From contig NEEC01000012.1 in the NCBI GenBank assembly GCA_002189035.1, positions 930,001 through 994,000 on the forward strand: a DNA stretch of 64,000 bases. Direction: 5' to 3'. The DNA is from Utricularia gibba (lineage: Eukaryota; Plantae; Magnoliophyta). Positions within the stretch are counted from its first letter, which is position 1; each line of letters starts with the position of its first letter. A model generated the notes under the pieces. The model was not told the DNA's origin. It did no database searches and saw only the letters and a list, made by a program, of their open reading frames with translations. Positions 1-12,212 of this stretch are shown here, in pieces. The position numbers and the translations under genes are program-made.

Positions 1-179
1 TTTACATATCCTATCTCTCAAGCTATATTTGTACCCCTATGCATCTAACTCTCCTATGGACAGTAATGATGTTTCGAAGCAATGTCTGTACGTAAGGATG
101 GCATATGTTGCACATCCTTGAGCTGTAATGATGTTCCCAGATTTGTGGTAACCACGATATCACCGATATGTGCTACTTC

Positions 180-601
180 TTAGATAGAATGTTTCCCCAT
201 CTTCATAGTGCTTGAGGTGCATTGCCTATAATTTGCCAACTCAGTTCCTCTAGAAGTCGCATGAAAGAAGGCTGCCGAATCAACAAGCCAAGAGTTTTCA
301 AAACCCATCTTGCCGACTTCCACTACTAGAAGTACTAGTAAATCATCATCATCATTACTCAAGTATGCTGCAAAATTTGTTTTGGGCAGTTCTTTGCCAT
401 TCCACTTTTGTGATGTAGCTTGTTTAGACTTCTTATAGCTTCGACAATCCTTGCGTAAGTGCACCTTTTTCCCACATACTTCAGCTCACTAGTGACAGAA
501 TTACTCAAGGTGATTACCAAAGTCTCCCAAGAATCAGGTAGCATGTCCATTAGCTTAGTGACTCTGATCTTCTCATCAAAACTCATTTTCACAAACACCA
601 T
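180..601 (-). mobile_element. Ty1/copia gag-protease remnant (frameshifted)
   Basis: ORF 359-601 contains DEKIRVTKLMDMLPDSWETLVITLSNS (copia gag LP.SW motif). ORF 180-464 contains SWLVDSAAFFHAT (WxxDSGAxxHxT protease motif). Confidence 0.85.
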
Positions 602-2029
602 CTATGCATATTCTTTGTCTATGTGCTATGTGAACATATGTTAGAAAATGGAGAGTAGTGTGGACCCACACTCCTAGCAACATGGTTTTAACCATGGGAT
701 TCATGGTTAAATATGTCAGACATGTCTAAAGCATCCCTATCGGATAAGCCAGTTAAGAAATACCAGGAAACATGTTATATGCATGCTATGGTCTAAGTTT
801 AGAGGTGGTGTTCGGTTGATGGCTCTTTTGAAAACTACTAAAGAACTTAGGCAATACATGACCCATTACCTAAGATCTAAAGGTGATGCCTAAGCTGAAG
901 GGTCAATGGGATTGGGCAAAGAGAAACAATGGGACTCACTACTTGGATATGTGCTTGACTTTGAGCCTTTATGCTCAAACACTCTTTCTTCACTTCATAC
1001 ATGTTTATCTTTTATTAAACTTAAGTAGCATGACCACTCTATGTTTTAACTTGTTCCAGGTGCAAAAGGGAATGGCTAAAGGTCTGGTGATTAACCAAAG
1101 TAGTGGTTTAGCTATAGAAGTTGTGGTAAGTCATGAATAGCTGTTGGAACCCTAACTACATTGTGAGGAATATGCTAAGTAGGCTGGACATAGTTCCTTT
1201 TGCATGTTTGAATGGTTGTAAGTTAATATATATGTAGGCAACTTAATGTTATTTCTCCATGCTACAAAGGGGTTAAGTAGCTTTAAGTCCTAACATTTGA
1301 TGGGACTTGGCAATCATGCCTCATGTCTCTTTGGCCCTAGGCATGGATCTCGACACTAATCATCCAAAATGGACATTTATTTTAGGTATCTCAAAATAAC
1401 ACATATTTTTTTAGCACATTTTTTTGTAAACATTTAAAAGGGAGCTTAGCAATGCGTACGAAGAACACATATTTTTAAACCTCAATACAAAAACGTACAA
1501 TGGGATTAGGAATGCTTGGGATTTTTTTTTATTTTTTGACACATTACTTCAAAATACCTATATGTATTTTTTAAATTCATTATTTCCATTCACTTACAAA
1601 GGAGCTTGGGGGCTAACTCATGATTGAGAAATTTACTTGAGCTAATGAGTGTATGCTCATCTATCATGGTCATCTGGTTAACACCCCCCTCAAGAGGAAC
1701 ATGTATATTGGACATGTTCATCTTGTTGATTAGATGGATATGCTGATTGACACTAAGTCCTTTGGTGAAGATGTCTACCACCTGATTGTTTGTGCCAACA
1801 TGGGTGTGTTGGATCAATCCTAAAGCTATGGTCTCACGGATGAAGTGCCAGTCTAATTGGAAGTGCTTTGTCTGCTCATGAAGGAGCGGGTTCTTTGCAA
1901 TTTGTATAGTTGACTTGTTGTCATAGCACAGATTTAGTCCCAACCTTCTAATAGTTTCCTTCGAACAATGCAGCATAGGTCACAACACACATTCCAAGGA
2001 GCCGAATATAAACAGTGTAGTGGTAGAAG

Positions 2030-2942
2030 TCTGAAAAGGAGTATACACAAAATCTAAGGGGATGAAAAGTGAGATTTTGGACAAAAAGAGGGAGAAGATA
2101 GAGAAAGAAAGCAGATCTCCCCATTGGAGACTCATGAACAATTTTCTGGAGATTTTTCTAGGGGTAGAAGAAGGAAAGGAATGACGAACTAGAAGAACAA
2201 AGCTTCTCTTTGAAGATTTATTTTTGTTCTTGATGCATACTGTTCCTAGCTAAGACTAGTTTTAGATATGCACTATGTGAACAATTTGTCTTTTCTATTT
2301 CTATTATGCATTGCTTGTTATTGTTTAACTTTGAGATCAGAATGTTGCTTAGGATATGTTATGAAAACGTTCTCCTTTCTCTTGTTATGAGTGGCTAAGT
2401 GCTTAGGGAGTGCCTTAGAGTAAAAAGGGGATATTTGTGCTAGTCAATCTTTAGACCTAATCAACCATAAGTCACATCACTTCCTTAACAAATCAGGATA
2501 GATCCAGGAGGGGGAAGTAGTGAAACCATCTTAACAACTCTGATTAGAGGTAGACCAAAGATTAGGGAGAAAACATAAGTCTGGGTAGACCTAGACTTTG
2601 TGTGTTAAGTGGTTGATTTATGAGTTGTATGAGCATATTTAGTGATACGCATACATCCCCTAGGAGTCCCAAGGATCACCCATTTCACATTAGAAACCAC
2701 CGAGTCCCAAGCTTGTTACTTTTCTTTACTACATTCCATCCTTAGTCCTAATTAAGACCAATTTTATCAATGTGACATTGATTTCATGCCTTGACTAATT
2801 ACATGACAAGCACCTGCCATTCGTGTTTGACCCTAATCACTATGCTCATAATTATATTATGTTTTAATGTGTATTAGGTTATAAATTTATTTGATAGGAG
2901 AAATTTGCAATTAACGATGATGCACTAATTTTTTGTTTATCA
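2030..2942 (+). mobile_element. 5'-truncated LTR, same family as 3481-4650 (Ty3/gypsy, Athila-like)
   Basis: Ends ...tgcactaattttttgtttatca, like 4621-4650. Shares internal blocks (atgagtggctaa...gccttagagtaaaaag; ataaatttatttgataggagaaattt). Confidence 0.7.
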
Positions 2943-3480
2943 ATCATCGTTAGGTCTGTTCATCTCAACCCTATATTCTGCATTTAGATGAGAGCGAAAG
3001 TCGGAAGATAATGGAAACAAACATTCATGGAAGATAATATTTTGAGAAATGATGGTTTCCTTAGCATCAAGATCGTATAGTTTCTAGCCTTTTATTCCTT
3101 ATGAATATCCAATGAATATGCATCACTATGCTCTCAGGTGATGCTTGGTGCAAAACATAGGTATCTAAAGACTTAGATGTGATTGTAAGTGGGTTGTTTT
3201 GAAATGAGTTTTTCATAGGGTGTGAGAAACTCTAGTCACTTCATTTGTGTTCAATTGATTAAATAGGTTGCTGTGAGAATAGCATCACCCTAAAATTGTT
3301 TGGGTAGGTTAGCTTGTAAGAGTACCACACGAGCAATATTTAAGAGATGTTGATGTTGTCGCTCTACCATCCCATTTTGTTCTACTGCTTCCATACAACT
3401 GTTATGAGGTGATGCTCACTTTTGCAAACTCCACAATATTGTTAGTTTGTTAAAATATTGATCTATTGAAAAAGTACCCT

Positions 3481-4650
3481 TGATAACACATAATTTTCAG
3501 TGTTTTATAACTAAGAAAGTATTAACATCATGTTATAAAATTAGTATTTTATAAGGTATTTCTATATTATTTGTGTTTAGCAGGGATGTTTGTGTCTTTT
3601 AGTCCAAACTAAGACCAAATCTAAATCCAAGATTTAGTCCCAATCCTTGTTTTAATCATTCTCTTTGAGCAATGTAGCACGTTTTCTACAATGCAAATTC
3701 CGAGGACCCGGACAAGAACAGTGAAGTAGTAGAGGATGAGGCCAAAGGCTGAAAAAAAGGATACAAAATCCAAGGAGAGGAAAAGGAAGATTTTGAACAA
3801 AAAGGAGAAAAGATGGAAAGAGAAGAATATCTCCATGGCTTTTGGAAAAAACACACCACAAAATTCTGGGGAGGGAGATCTGAAGAAAAACTCACAAGAA
3901 GAATGAAGAAGACGACTCGGGAATGAAGCTTACATCTGAAGATTAACTTTTGTTTCTCAATAATATTATTCCCAACTAGGAGTAACCTATGACATTTTTA
4001 GCTTCCTACTTGAACTTTTTACATTATGTTCTTGTTTATTTCCTAATTATCAAACTATGATATGAACACAATGTGGATTATATTTTATGTTCAAGTTTTG
4101 TTTACCTTTAGCATGAGTGGCTAAACACACATAATGCCTTGAGGTAAAAAGAGGTATGCATGATTATTGCTTGTTAGACTACATTCGCTCGATAATCAGA
4201 CCATTTCCTTATCAAACCTAGATAGATAAAAGAGAGGGAAATGGTTATGTTCATCATAAGTAATCTAACTAAAGGTAGATCAAAAGTTAGGAAAATCAAG
4301 AGTTTGGGTATACTTGATCCGTCTATTCTTAGATGAATAATTATCAAGTTGGATGGTTAAGTGAAGTGATGATCATGTCACTCCTAGAAACTTCAAGATG
4401 TTGCATTATCTTATTCTAGTTAGTAGTCAAAGCTACCTGTTGTTTCTTACTACCTTTTATCATAAACCTATTTTACACTTTGCTTAGACTAAACCTTTCA
4501 ATCATGATAAAAACATCATGAATCAATCCTCACACAACAAGTACAAAGCTCATTGTGTTCGATTTTATCATGATTGGATGTAAATTAGGTCTATAAATTT
4601 ATTTGATAGGAAAATTTGTTTAATGATATTGCACAATTTTTCGTTTATCA
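3481..4650 (+). mobile_element. Solo LTR (1170 bp) with 5-bp TSD ACCCT
   Basis: Starts TGATAA and ends TTATCA (terminal inverted repeat). ACCCT lies at 3476-3480 and 4651-4655. Inserted inside the copia remnant. Confidence 0.9.
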
Positions 4651-5479
4651 ACCCTACACCAAGGTCCCTATTTCATGTTACAGATGTACCACTCTATCTT
4701 CATCTAGGTGTTTAAATCATTCTTGGAGCATCAGCTAGATTTCTATGGCTGTATGACAATGTGCTAGAGTCGTGGAGATTACTAGTTCCATGTAGCGATG
4801 AAGCCACCCAATAATCAAATCATTGCATTTCTCCCGATGTTTATAGAGAGGGTTTAAGGTGTCATATTTTCGAATTTTCCAATAACAAATTTTTTTTCCT
4901 CTAATCCGAAGTGCTTGAAGAACATTTCATGACCATTGAGCATAATTTAGTAGAGATAGTAGTGAACTGGTGAGAGTTACATCATTGGTGTCATTTGGGA
5001 GCACCTTACAAGGTGAAGGAAAATCAGAGTTCACCGTATATGTGTTTTTATTGAGAGTGGTAGCCTTAAGGGCTGATATTAGCTCTTGAATAAGAGCTTT
5101 AGTTGTCATCTGATATCACGCTATAGCTCTAATACCATGATACGCAGAAGAAGTTTCAAAGGATAGACGGCATTGAGAAGATGACTAGGGGGAAGATGAA
5201 TAGTCTTAATATGTTGATCAGATAAGAACCTCAAGATACAAAGTATTGAGACATATACTGCTTATTTATACAACATTTCCTAGTCTAATGGCTACGTTCA
5301 TTTACTTGAGCTTATGAGTGTCTGCTCATCTGTCATGGTCATCTAGTTAACATTTCAAAATCAGAATCCTTTATCAACTCATTCTCCAATAATGGTGGTT
5401 CATTTTCATGATGTTTCATGTGGTAGTGGCAGCACTCTAGGCCACTTCCAACATTGCCTCAGCAACATTCGTCGATGTG

Positions 5480-6070
5480 TGGGCCATCCTGGTCAATTCT
5501 GGTGACTTGTTAAGTCATCGGCCATTTACAAATAGATGGAGAAATATTCTGAAGCGTCTCCTTCTCTAGGCCCACTTGATGCAAGTGGATAAGAAGTGAA
5601 ATACCATGGCCCCATATAGGAAAAGAGGAATTTGTATTCAAGAACATCTCCTACTCCATGTCCACTATTGAAAGTCTTGAAAATGCTTATTCGAGAGTCT
5701 TTATATGAAGGCTAAGAACCTATCACTGGTGCACTCCATTGGAGAGGGTCTGCTGCCAAAGCAGCCTAATATTATGTACTCTAGTTGTTCTCGACTAGCT
5801 ACACAAGCAAAATTTTGTACAAGTTATCACTTTTGTAAAAGTGAGTGAATAAATATACCTCCTTAGAACTGATCCGTAGCTTATCTATGTAGAGCTTAAC
5901 TTACCTTTTGTTGCACTTTAGAGAGAGCTGAAAATATAGCTTGATGGTAGTGAGTGTTTGACCCCAATCTCGCATTAGTTTCAATTGCAATTGCTTACTC
6001 AATTAGCTGTCAAGGCTCTATTATGGATTAAAATCCTAGAATACACTATATTTGGTGTCAAGTTACTAAA
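5480..6070 (-). mobile_element. Ty3/gypsy gag fragment (degenerate), related to 9400-10090
   Basis: 5760-6050 aligns by eye with 9800-10085 (ctagctacacaagcaaaattttgtacaagttatcac vs cagctacgcaagcaatttcgtagaagttacttc). Gag-like translation on -. Confidence 0.5.
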
Positions 6071-6099
6071 TTTTCACTTGTAGAATGGAAGAACTCAAG

Positions 6100-6490
6100 G
6101 AGATGATTTGAGTTGTAAACACTTAGGTGGACGATCAGATGGCCACCTTAGAATAATAGGTGGAAGGAAGTTTCTAGGATTAGTTGTATATTATCATCCA
6201 TTTGTTAAGATAGTTTGATTGATCAGGGTTTCATTGATTGCTATGCTTAAGAAAGCCAATTTTGAGTGGCAGAAGGAAGTAGAGGTTGCTGTATTTGACA
6301 TACTTAGGGTAGTGTTGACTTAGGCATATGTATTAACCGCACTAGATTTTGCAGCAATATTTGTGATCAAATTTGATGTTTCTAATGCTGGGATGGGGCC
6401 CATTCTAATCCAAGATCATCACCTAATCGTATATTTCAGCAACACACTAACTAAAAGACATTAGAACATGACTGCATATGAAAAATAATT
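6100..6490 (+). mobile_element. Ty3/gypsy RT-RNase H fragment
   Basis: Translates to FVIKFDVSNAGMGPILIQDHHLIVYFSNTLTKRH*NMTAYEK, a degenerate FxxExDASxxGIGAVLxQxxHPIAYFS...AYEKE RNase H motif. Confidence 0.75.
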
Positions 6491-7236
6491 GATAGAAATG
6501 GTTTATTCAAAATTAGAATAGGAAATATATAATATTCACAATGCATAAATAAAATAGAGTTCGATTCTGGAATCTATATTCCCACCACGATAGAGTAGCA
6601 TGGAGTAGTAGAGTTCCATGTTAAAGTCCTCTCCTTATTTACCTTCTTTTGTTTTAGGATTGAATACAAACTGTAATGATTTTGTAAGATGCAATAGAGG
6701 GTTAATCACAAAACATACAACGAGAAGTCTTTAATCCCAGAAATAAGAAGTTTAGCCACAAGCAAGCATTATAAAAGTAGAACTAAGATTAAACCCCAAT
6801 TCTTCTTCTTAAAGATAGAAACCAAATTGTCTTTGAGAGATTAAAAATGGGAATCCAAAATCCAAAGATTCAAAAGTTTTCATTTAGGCACTCCACCCCA
6901 CCCCCCTTCAATCCTATTGCTCAAATCATGTGCCTTATGAAAAATGTGATATTCTGCTCTAACACAATAACATGATGATTATTTCTTCTGCTACTGACAA
7001 GCATGCCACACAAATCAAGACGCATTGTTAAGATCATGTGCTTCTACCAAAAATCATGGAAGATGTCTTGCAATATGATCCATTCTCTTTTTATTACCTT
7101 ACTTTGTGTATTGCTCGAATTATGCGCTACATGCAAATAAGTTAAAGGAAATATTGATAAGAGTATATAATATAGAAAATTATATTTTCATCAAACTCCT
7201 ATGTTAAACTTCTTGTGTGACTATAATCATATCTTA

Positions 7237-7607
7237 GGGGAAAATTACGAAACTGTCACTTTTGTTTTCTCGATTTGCAATTTTAGACATTATTGTTTTA
7301 TAATTCCAAAATTAGTCCTAACTATTTAGTGAGTTCCTAGAATCTGAGAGACCCATCACAATCGAAGCTAAATCTCGATGAATATTCGACACTTCGATAT
7401 ACAACTATGGTTCTACACTGATTTTTGTAGAAATTGAAAAAGGAGCACGTGGGTCAATTGTGAACTGAAATTTACAAGTGTTTTGTAAATAATAATATTG
7501 TATTTTGTAACTAGTTAAACAGTTAGGACTTATTTTAGAATTACAAAACAATAATGTCTAAAATCTCAAATAAAGAAAATAAAAATGGCATGTTTGGCAA
7601 TTTTCTC
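7237..7607. mobile_element. Mutator-like MITE (371 bp, ~95-bp TIRs, 9-bp TSD)
   Basis: Left end ggggaaaattacgaaac...ttttagacattattgtttt...agtcctaact matches the reverse complement of the right end. Flanks are catatctta / gatatctta (8 of 9 identical). Confidence 0.85.
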
Positions 7608-9239
7608 GATATCTTAATAATGAAAAAAATTGAAATATAATAATAATATTATACTTAGCATGTTTTCTCATAGTTAAATTATGTTTATTCTCAAATATAA
7701 AAATAGAACAACAATTCATTAATCAAATAGCAATGAAATCATGACACACCACTAAGATAATTGATTCCCATCTTACTGTTGGTATCACTTTCTATTTTTT
7801 TCGATACTCTTTTAATCAATTTAAAGCAAGCTACTTAAGTAACATAAATGGAAATATGATAAACAGAAAATTTCATGTCATTGCTCAAAGTGCTCATTCC
7901 CATAGAAAATAAATTTATAAATCTAATTATCTATCCAACAATAAAAAATGTAAGCATATAGTGGAATTATGATCGATTATGAAGAGCAAATTGTTTGTTG
8001 TATAAAGGTCAATTTATTTTATTTTTATTACAGTAGAGTATTACACATGGTGAATGAGATCAGATTGAAATTATATTGAAGATAAGCTGTCAAACCAAAA
8101 AAATGAGCAGAAGCTAAAAAAATAAGCATCCAATGAAATGAAAAATAAAATGTTTCTAGTTTACTCCAAGCTAAGAGTAATGTTTTTATGTTTGTTTCTT
8201 GATTAAAAAAATCAAAAATGTTCTTATTCTTCGGTCGTTCTTCAAATTCTTCTCTCAATTCTTTTTGTTCTTTTTTTTACTTCTCCCTCTGCGTTTTTTT
8301 TTTTCTCAAAAATTCTCTCTTTTTGTTCCTCTTCTCTATCCTCATTTTCTTGGAATGTGGTTGTATTTCATTCTTCCACTTTTCAATTTTTTCTACTTAG
8401 GCTTTTAATCCATCCTTCTTGTATCAAAATAGAGTCTGCTGGAAGTGGACTTTCAGAGTGTTATTCCAAAGTATACTACTGCATTTAGACATAAATGATT
8501 AGTTCCAAGTAGGGATTGAATTATAGATTTAGCCTCCAATTTGAACAAAACATAAAAACTAAGATGATATTTCTAAAAATGTTTTGATTAACTCTAAATC
8601 TTAATTTTTAGTGTAAAACACATAGATTTTTCTACAAAAAATTATAAACAATCATGCGTTGTCAAAATGAGACAATACAAAACCACTCTCTATATTTATT
8701 CCTCATGAAAGAATTGTAAACTACAGTGAATTCTCTTTCTAACTTTTTTTTTATTTTTTGAAGGATCACTATTTAGGGAAAAAGCTGCTAGATTAGGAAA
8801 TTTCATTCATGGTTTATCATTAAAGAGTCTTTGTTTTCCACAATTTCTTTAATTAGTTTTAACCTTCTCTTCTCTTTTCTTTTTTAGGTGAGGAGCCACT
8901 GAGTCAAGAATTATATGAAAAAAAAAAAAAATTCAAGAGTGACTCTAACATGTTTCATTTCTAATGTATGTCATAAAAGCAAGATGTCCAGTAATGAAAA
9001 CTAGAGGGTTTTGTGGTATCAATCACGAGGTTTGCCTAATTATGGATGTTATCTAATTAGGGGATCCTGATATGTTGTAGACTCAAAATAAAGGAAAATA
9101 AGTAAGAAAAATGTAAATGTAAGAGAAATATGAAATTCATCTTGATGCCCAAATAATAAATAGTCATAAAAATAATTATAACCCCTTCCCCATATTTAAT
9201 TCTGAGGATGTGCTCATCATCAAGGTGTAGTAGGATACA

Positions 9240-10090
9240 TTAATCATGGCGTTGTAGAGAGGAGGTGGCCGCAATGAGTAGGATGCCCAGTTTGGTAGAG
9301 AGGATGGCAACTTGGCTTTGGATGTCTTGGAGAGTTAGTAGGATGGTGCATTTGTCAAAGAGGCAGAAGCAGTGGACAACGGCACATCAGAAGAGTCACC
9401 ATAGGGATCAACGATGGTGGGAGGCATCATAATGGCCTTACTCCTGGTGTATGCTTGCACAAATACAGCACAAACTCCAGCTTACTTGAGGTAGTTGTAC
9501 ACAAAAGTTCAACCAAATCAAGATAGTGGAAATGAGCGCATCTATCGTTGATGTGTTGGCAGTGAGATCCACATCAAAATGTATCGCAAGCTTGGTGATG
9601 AGGGAAGCAACACAATTGATGTGTGTGGTGGTTCATCAGAGAAAGTTGATAGAAATCTTTTTCATCATCACCTAAAGGAAAAGGTCCCAAGCCGCCAAAC
9701 TGATTCCCAATAGAAGTGGGCAGGAATTTCATGGATAAACATGATCGAAAGAACTGGCCACCAGCGCAGCGCACTCAATTGGAGAAGGTCGCAAATTACC
9801 AAACTAGCTTGATATCTTGTACACACGTTTATGAACAGCTACGCAAGCAATTTCGTAGAAGTTACTTCTTTTGTAGAGAGAAGTGAATAAGTACACCTTT
9901 TGAGAACTGATCGATAGCTTTTATGTGTAGAACTTAGCTTCCCTTTTGTCGAGCTTCAAAGCTTAAACTATAGCTCGATGGAAGTAGTATATGGGTTTGG
10001 GTCCCCATCCCGCAACTTTTTCTATCGTAATTGGTATCTCATTTAGTTGTCAAGGCCCCATTATGCGATTAAAATTCCAGAATACATTAC
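9240..10090 (-). mobile_element. Ty3/gypsy gag fragment (degenerate)
   Basis: Homologous to 5480-6070 and contains gag-like translated segments with stops. Confidence 0.5.
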
Positions 10091-10989
10091 ATCTATTGCA
10101 TTGATTTCCATCCTTGATATATAAATCTTCCAGTTGCAGGTTTATTTTTATTGATGTTGGTAAATGAACTACTTGACACGCTGACCTCAGAAATTGCTAC
10201 TCTTGGAGTGACTTCGGGGTGCAATGAGTATTCTGCATGCTGTAACGTATCAGCCACTGCCAGACTTACACAGGCTGCTGTCAGTTTATTGAAAAAAAAA
10301 GAATTCTCTGGTCAACGAAGTCGTGTCATGTGGTGCTGTACATACCAATCGAATAGAATGATCAGATCAGTCCGAGACCGGGCAGAGGATGGACTGATTT
10401 TAACCCTTGAAGAATTGGTTCTCATGGGGAAAACAATGCCGTTCTTGCTGCTTGTCACCCCTCCCCAAGTTGAGTTGATCTGAGAGAGTGCGAGAGGGAG
10501 GCTGAAGCAAGAACGCGGTAGAAGTAAGTAGCAGGTACCACATGAAACTCCGGGCCGTAATAAAGCTACAATTAATGCGGATTCCGTTTCATTTCACGCC
10601 ACAATAAATAAATCGAACGGAATTGCCCCAGCTTAGCTTTCTTCACTAGACGGGAAAGACACACGGATTCCAAGGCTTCCCTCTTCTACGTAATCTCCAC
10701 AACACCTCGATGCCATTGGGTTGATTGTGTTGTTAAGTAGATGAATTAAGTAAGTTCAGAGATGCCATAAAGTTATGGTGGGTTCCCAGGTCCCAAGAGA
10801 TGGCCTGGCCTGACTCTCCTCGGTCCCTTCGTCTCGTCTTCACTCTTTCAGTGCATTGCGTGAAAGAGTAAACTAGCTATTCCTTTTTCTGATCTCTAAA
10901 TGTGTCAGTCAGTCGGAAATAACGTTGGGATTTGAGCTCTTGGTTCGCAATTCCTTGCTTCCAACTCCAAATCTATCAACCACACACAA

Positions 10990-11027
10990 TTTCGCGCGTA
11001 TGGATAGAAAGTGACGACCTTTAAATA
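10990..11027 (+). promoter_or_regulatory. Putative USP-gene core promoter motifs: TTTCGCGC (E2F-consensus/CGCG box), TGACG, TTTAAATA (TATA-like)
   Basis: TTTCGCGC at 10990-10997, TGACG at 11012-11016 and TTTAAATA at 11020-11027, about 90 bp upstream of the ATG. Motif match only. Confidence 0.3.
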
Positions 11028-11118
11028 GTTACCCAACCAACCCCGAACTGGTCCAACTTGAATTATTGATTTGATATTCGTGCGAGGTGGAAATCTGAGA
11101 CGAGGGGCAAGGAAAACA

Positions 11119-11901
11119 ATGGCTTCTTCGTCTTCGTCCCTATCTCATATGGGCACCAAGCAAGGATGGAAATCAGTGTCTCGGAGATGGGAGAGAGGCG
11201 AGCAGCACATTCAGGGAACCTATGAAGCAAGCGCTTTTGTGATGAAGAAACGAGTGTTGGTGTTAGTGGATCAATCTTCGCACTCCAAGGAGGCAATGAT
11301 GTGGGCTCTCACTCATGTTACTAACAGGGGAGATATTCTGACCATCCTTCAAATCGGAACTTCTTCTTCTTCTTCCAAGGGCTCGCAGTATTCTTGCTCG
11401 TCCGAGCCTGCTAACACCCTTAGCTCACTCTGTAAGGCCTGCAAACCCGAGGTAACTCAAACTCTCCGGTTCAAACTCTGTCGGTGTTGTTTTGTAGAAT
11501 TTTTCTTTTTTTTTTGTGTCTTTTTCTGGGTGTGATGGGCATGCTGAAATATATCAATGTGTGAAGGTTCAAGTGGAAGTGCTGATCATACAAGGCCCGA
11601 AAATGGCGACTGTAATCACCCAAGTCAAGAAGCTGGAGGTTTCCGTGCTGGTGTTAGGCCAGAAGAAAGTCTTTCCGTTTCTCCACTGGTGAGTAGTAGT
11701 AGTTAGTCCATAGAAATCCATTCGAATGAAATCTCCAAGTTCAACGCCCCTGTGCAGGTTTTGTTGGAGGAGCAGCACGGACGAATTCGTTGATAAGTGC
11801 ATCAACACGTTGGATTGCCTTACAATTGGAGTCAGGAAGAAGAGCGGGGGCTCGGCGGGTACCTCATCAGCACCAGATGGCACATCTGGCTCTTGGCGTA
11901 G
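11119..11901 (+). CDS. Universal stress protein A-like / adenine nucleotide alpha-hydrolase-like protein; exons 11119-11451, 11567-11688, 11758-11901 (apparent 1-bp deletion at G-run 11846-11850)
   Basis: KRVLVLVDQSSHSKEAMMWALTHV, then VQVEVLIIQGPKMATVITQVKKLEVSVLVLGQKK, then DEFVDKCINTLDCLTIGVRK. GT-AG introns are in frame. The family-typical C-terminus GGYLISTRW..WLLA* appears only after adding one G; as written the frame runs to 11917. Confidence 0.9.
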
Positions 11902-12212
11902 CCGGGTGCAAGTCTGAGGCTTACCTCAAATTACTTTGTTAAACTTGCATCAAATTATTCTTGCTTGGAGTTGGTTTCCTGTCAGTAATCCATGTTCCGG
12001 CATCAACCAAGAAGCTCCAAGTGTTGGTTTCTTTCGAGATTTAAAAATAAGAATGAGCACCAAACTAACTACACCATGCCGTCATGGGTCAGCATCCTCC
12101 TCTTCGACATAACAAAGAAGGAAACCCGCGGGCTCATAATTAATAAAGGATTCATGCAATCCTTATGGGGTAAAACAAAGTTGCCAGTCCTACAGCCAGG
12201 CAGGCAGGCGGG

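Larger units (their letters stand above)
1630..5352 (-). mobile_element. Degenerate Ty1/copia element with 5' LTR (5138-5352), PBS, gag remnant, RNase H end, PPT and truncated 3' LTR (~1630-1683)
   Basis: PBS-like tggtattagagc (Met-i) on - at 5126-5137. About 55 bp at 1630-1683 matches 5300-5352, both starting TGTTAAC on -. PPT gaggggggtg at ~1684-1695. ORF 1590-1976 has DNKSTIQIAKNPLLHEQTKHFQLDWHFIRE...QVVDIFTKGL (copia RNase H). The gag remnant KCNDLIIGWLH...TAIEI is at ~4700-4840. Confidence 0.85.

Noticed and set aside
10151-10483. 110-aa + strand ORF upstream of the USP gene
   Set aside because: No recognisable motif, it crosses a poly-A run, and splice-like signals are on the opposite strand.
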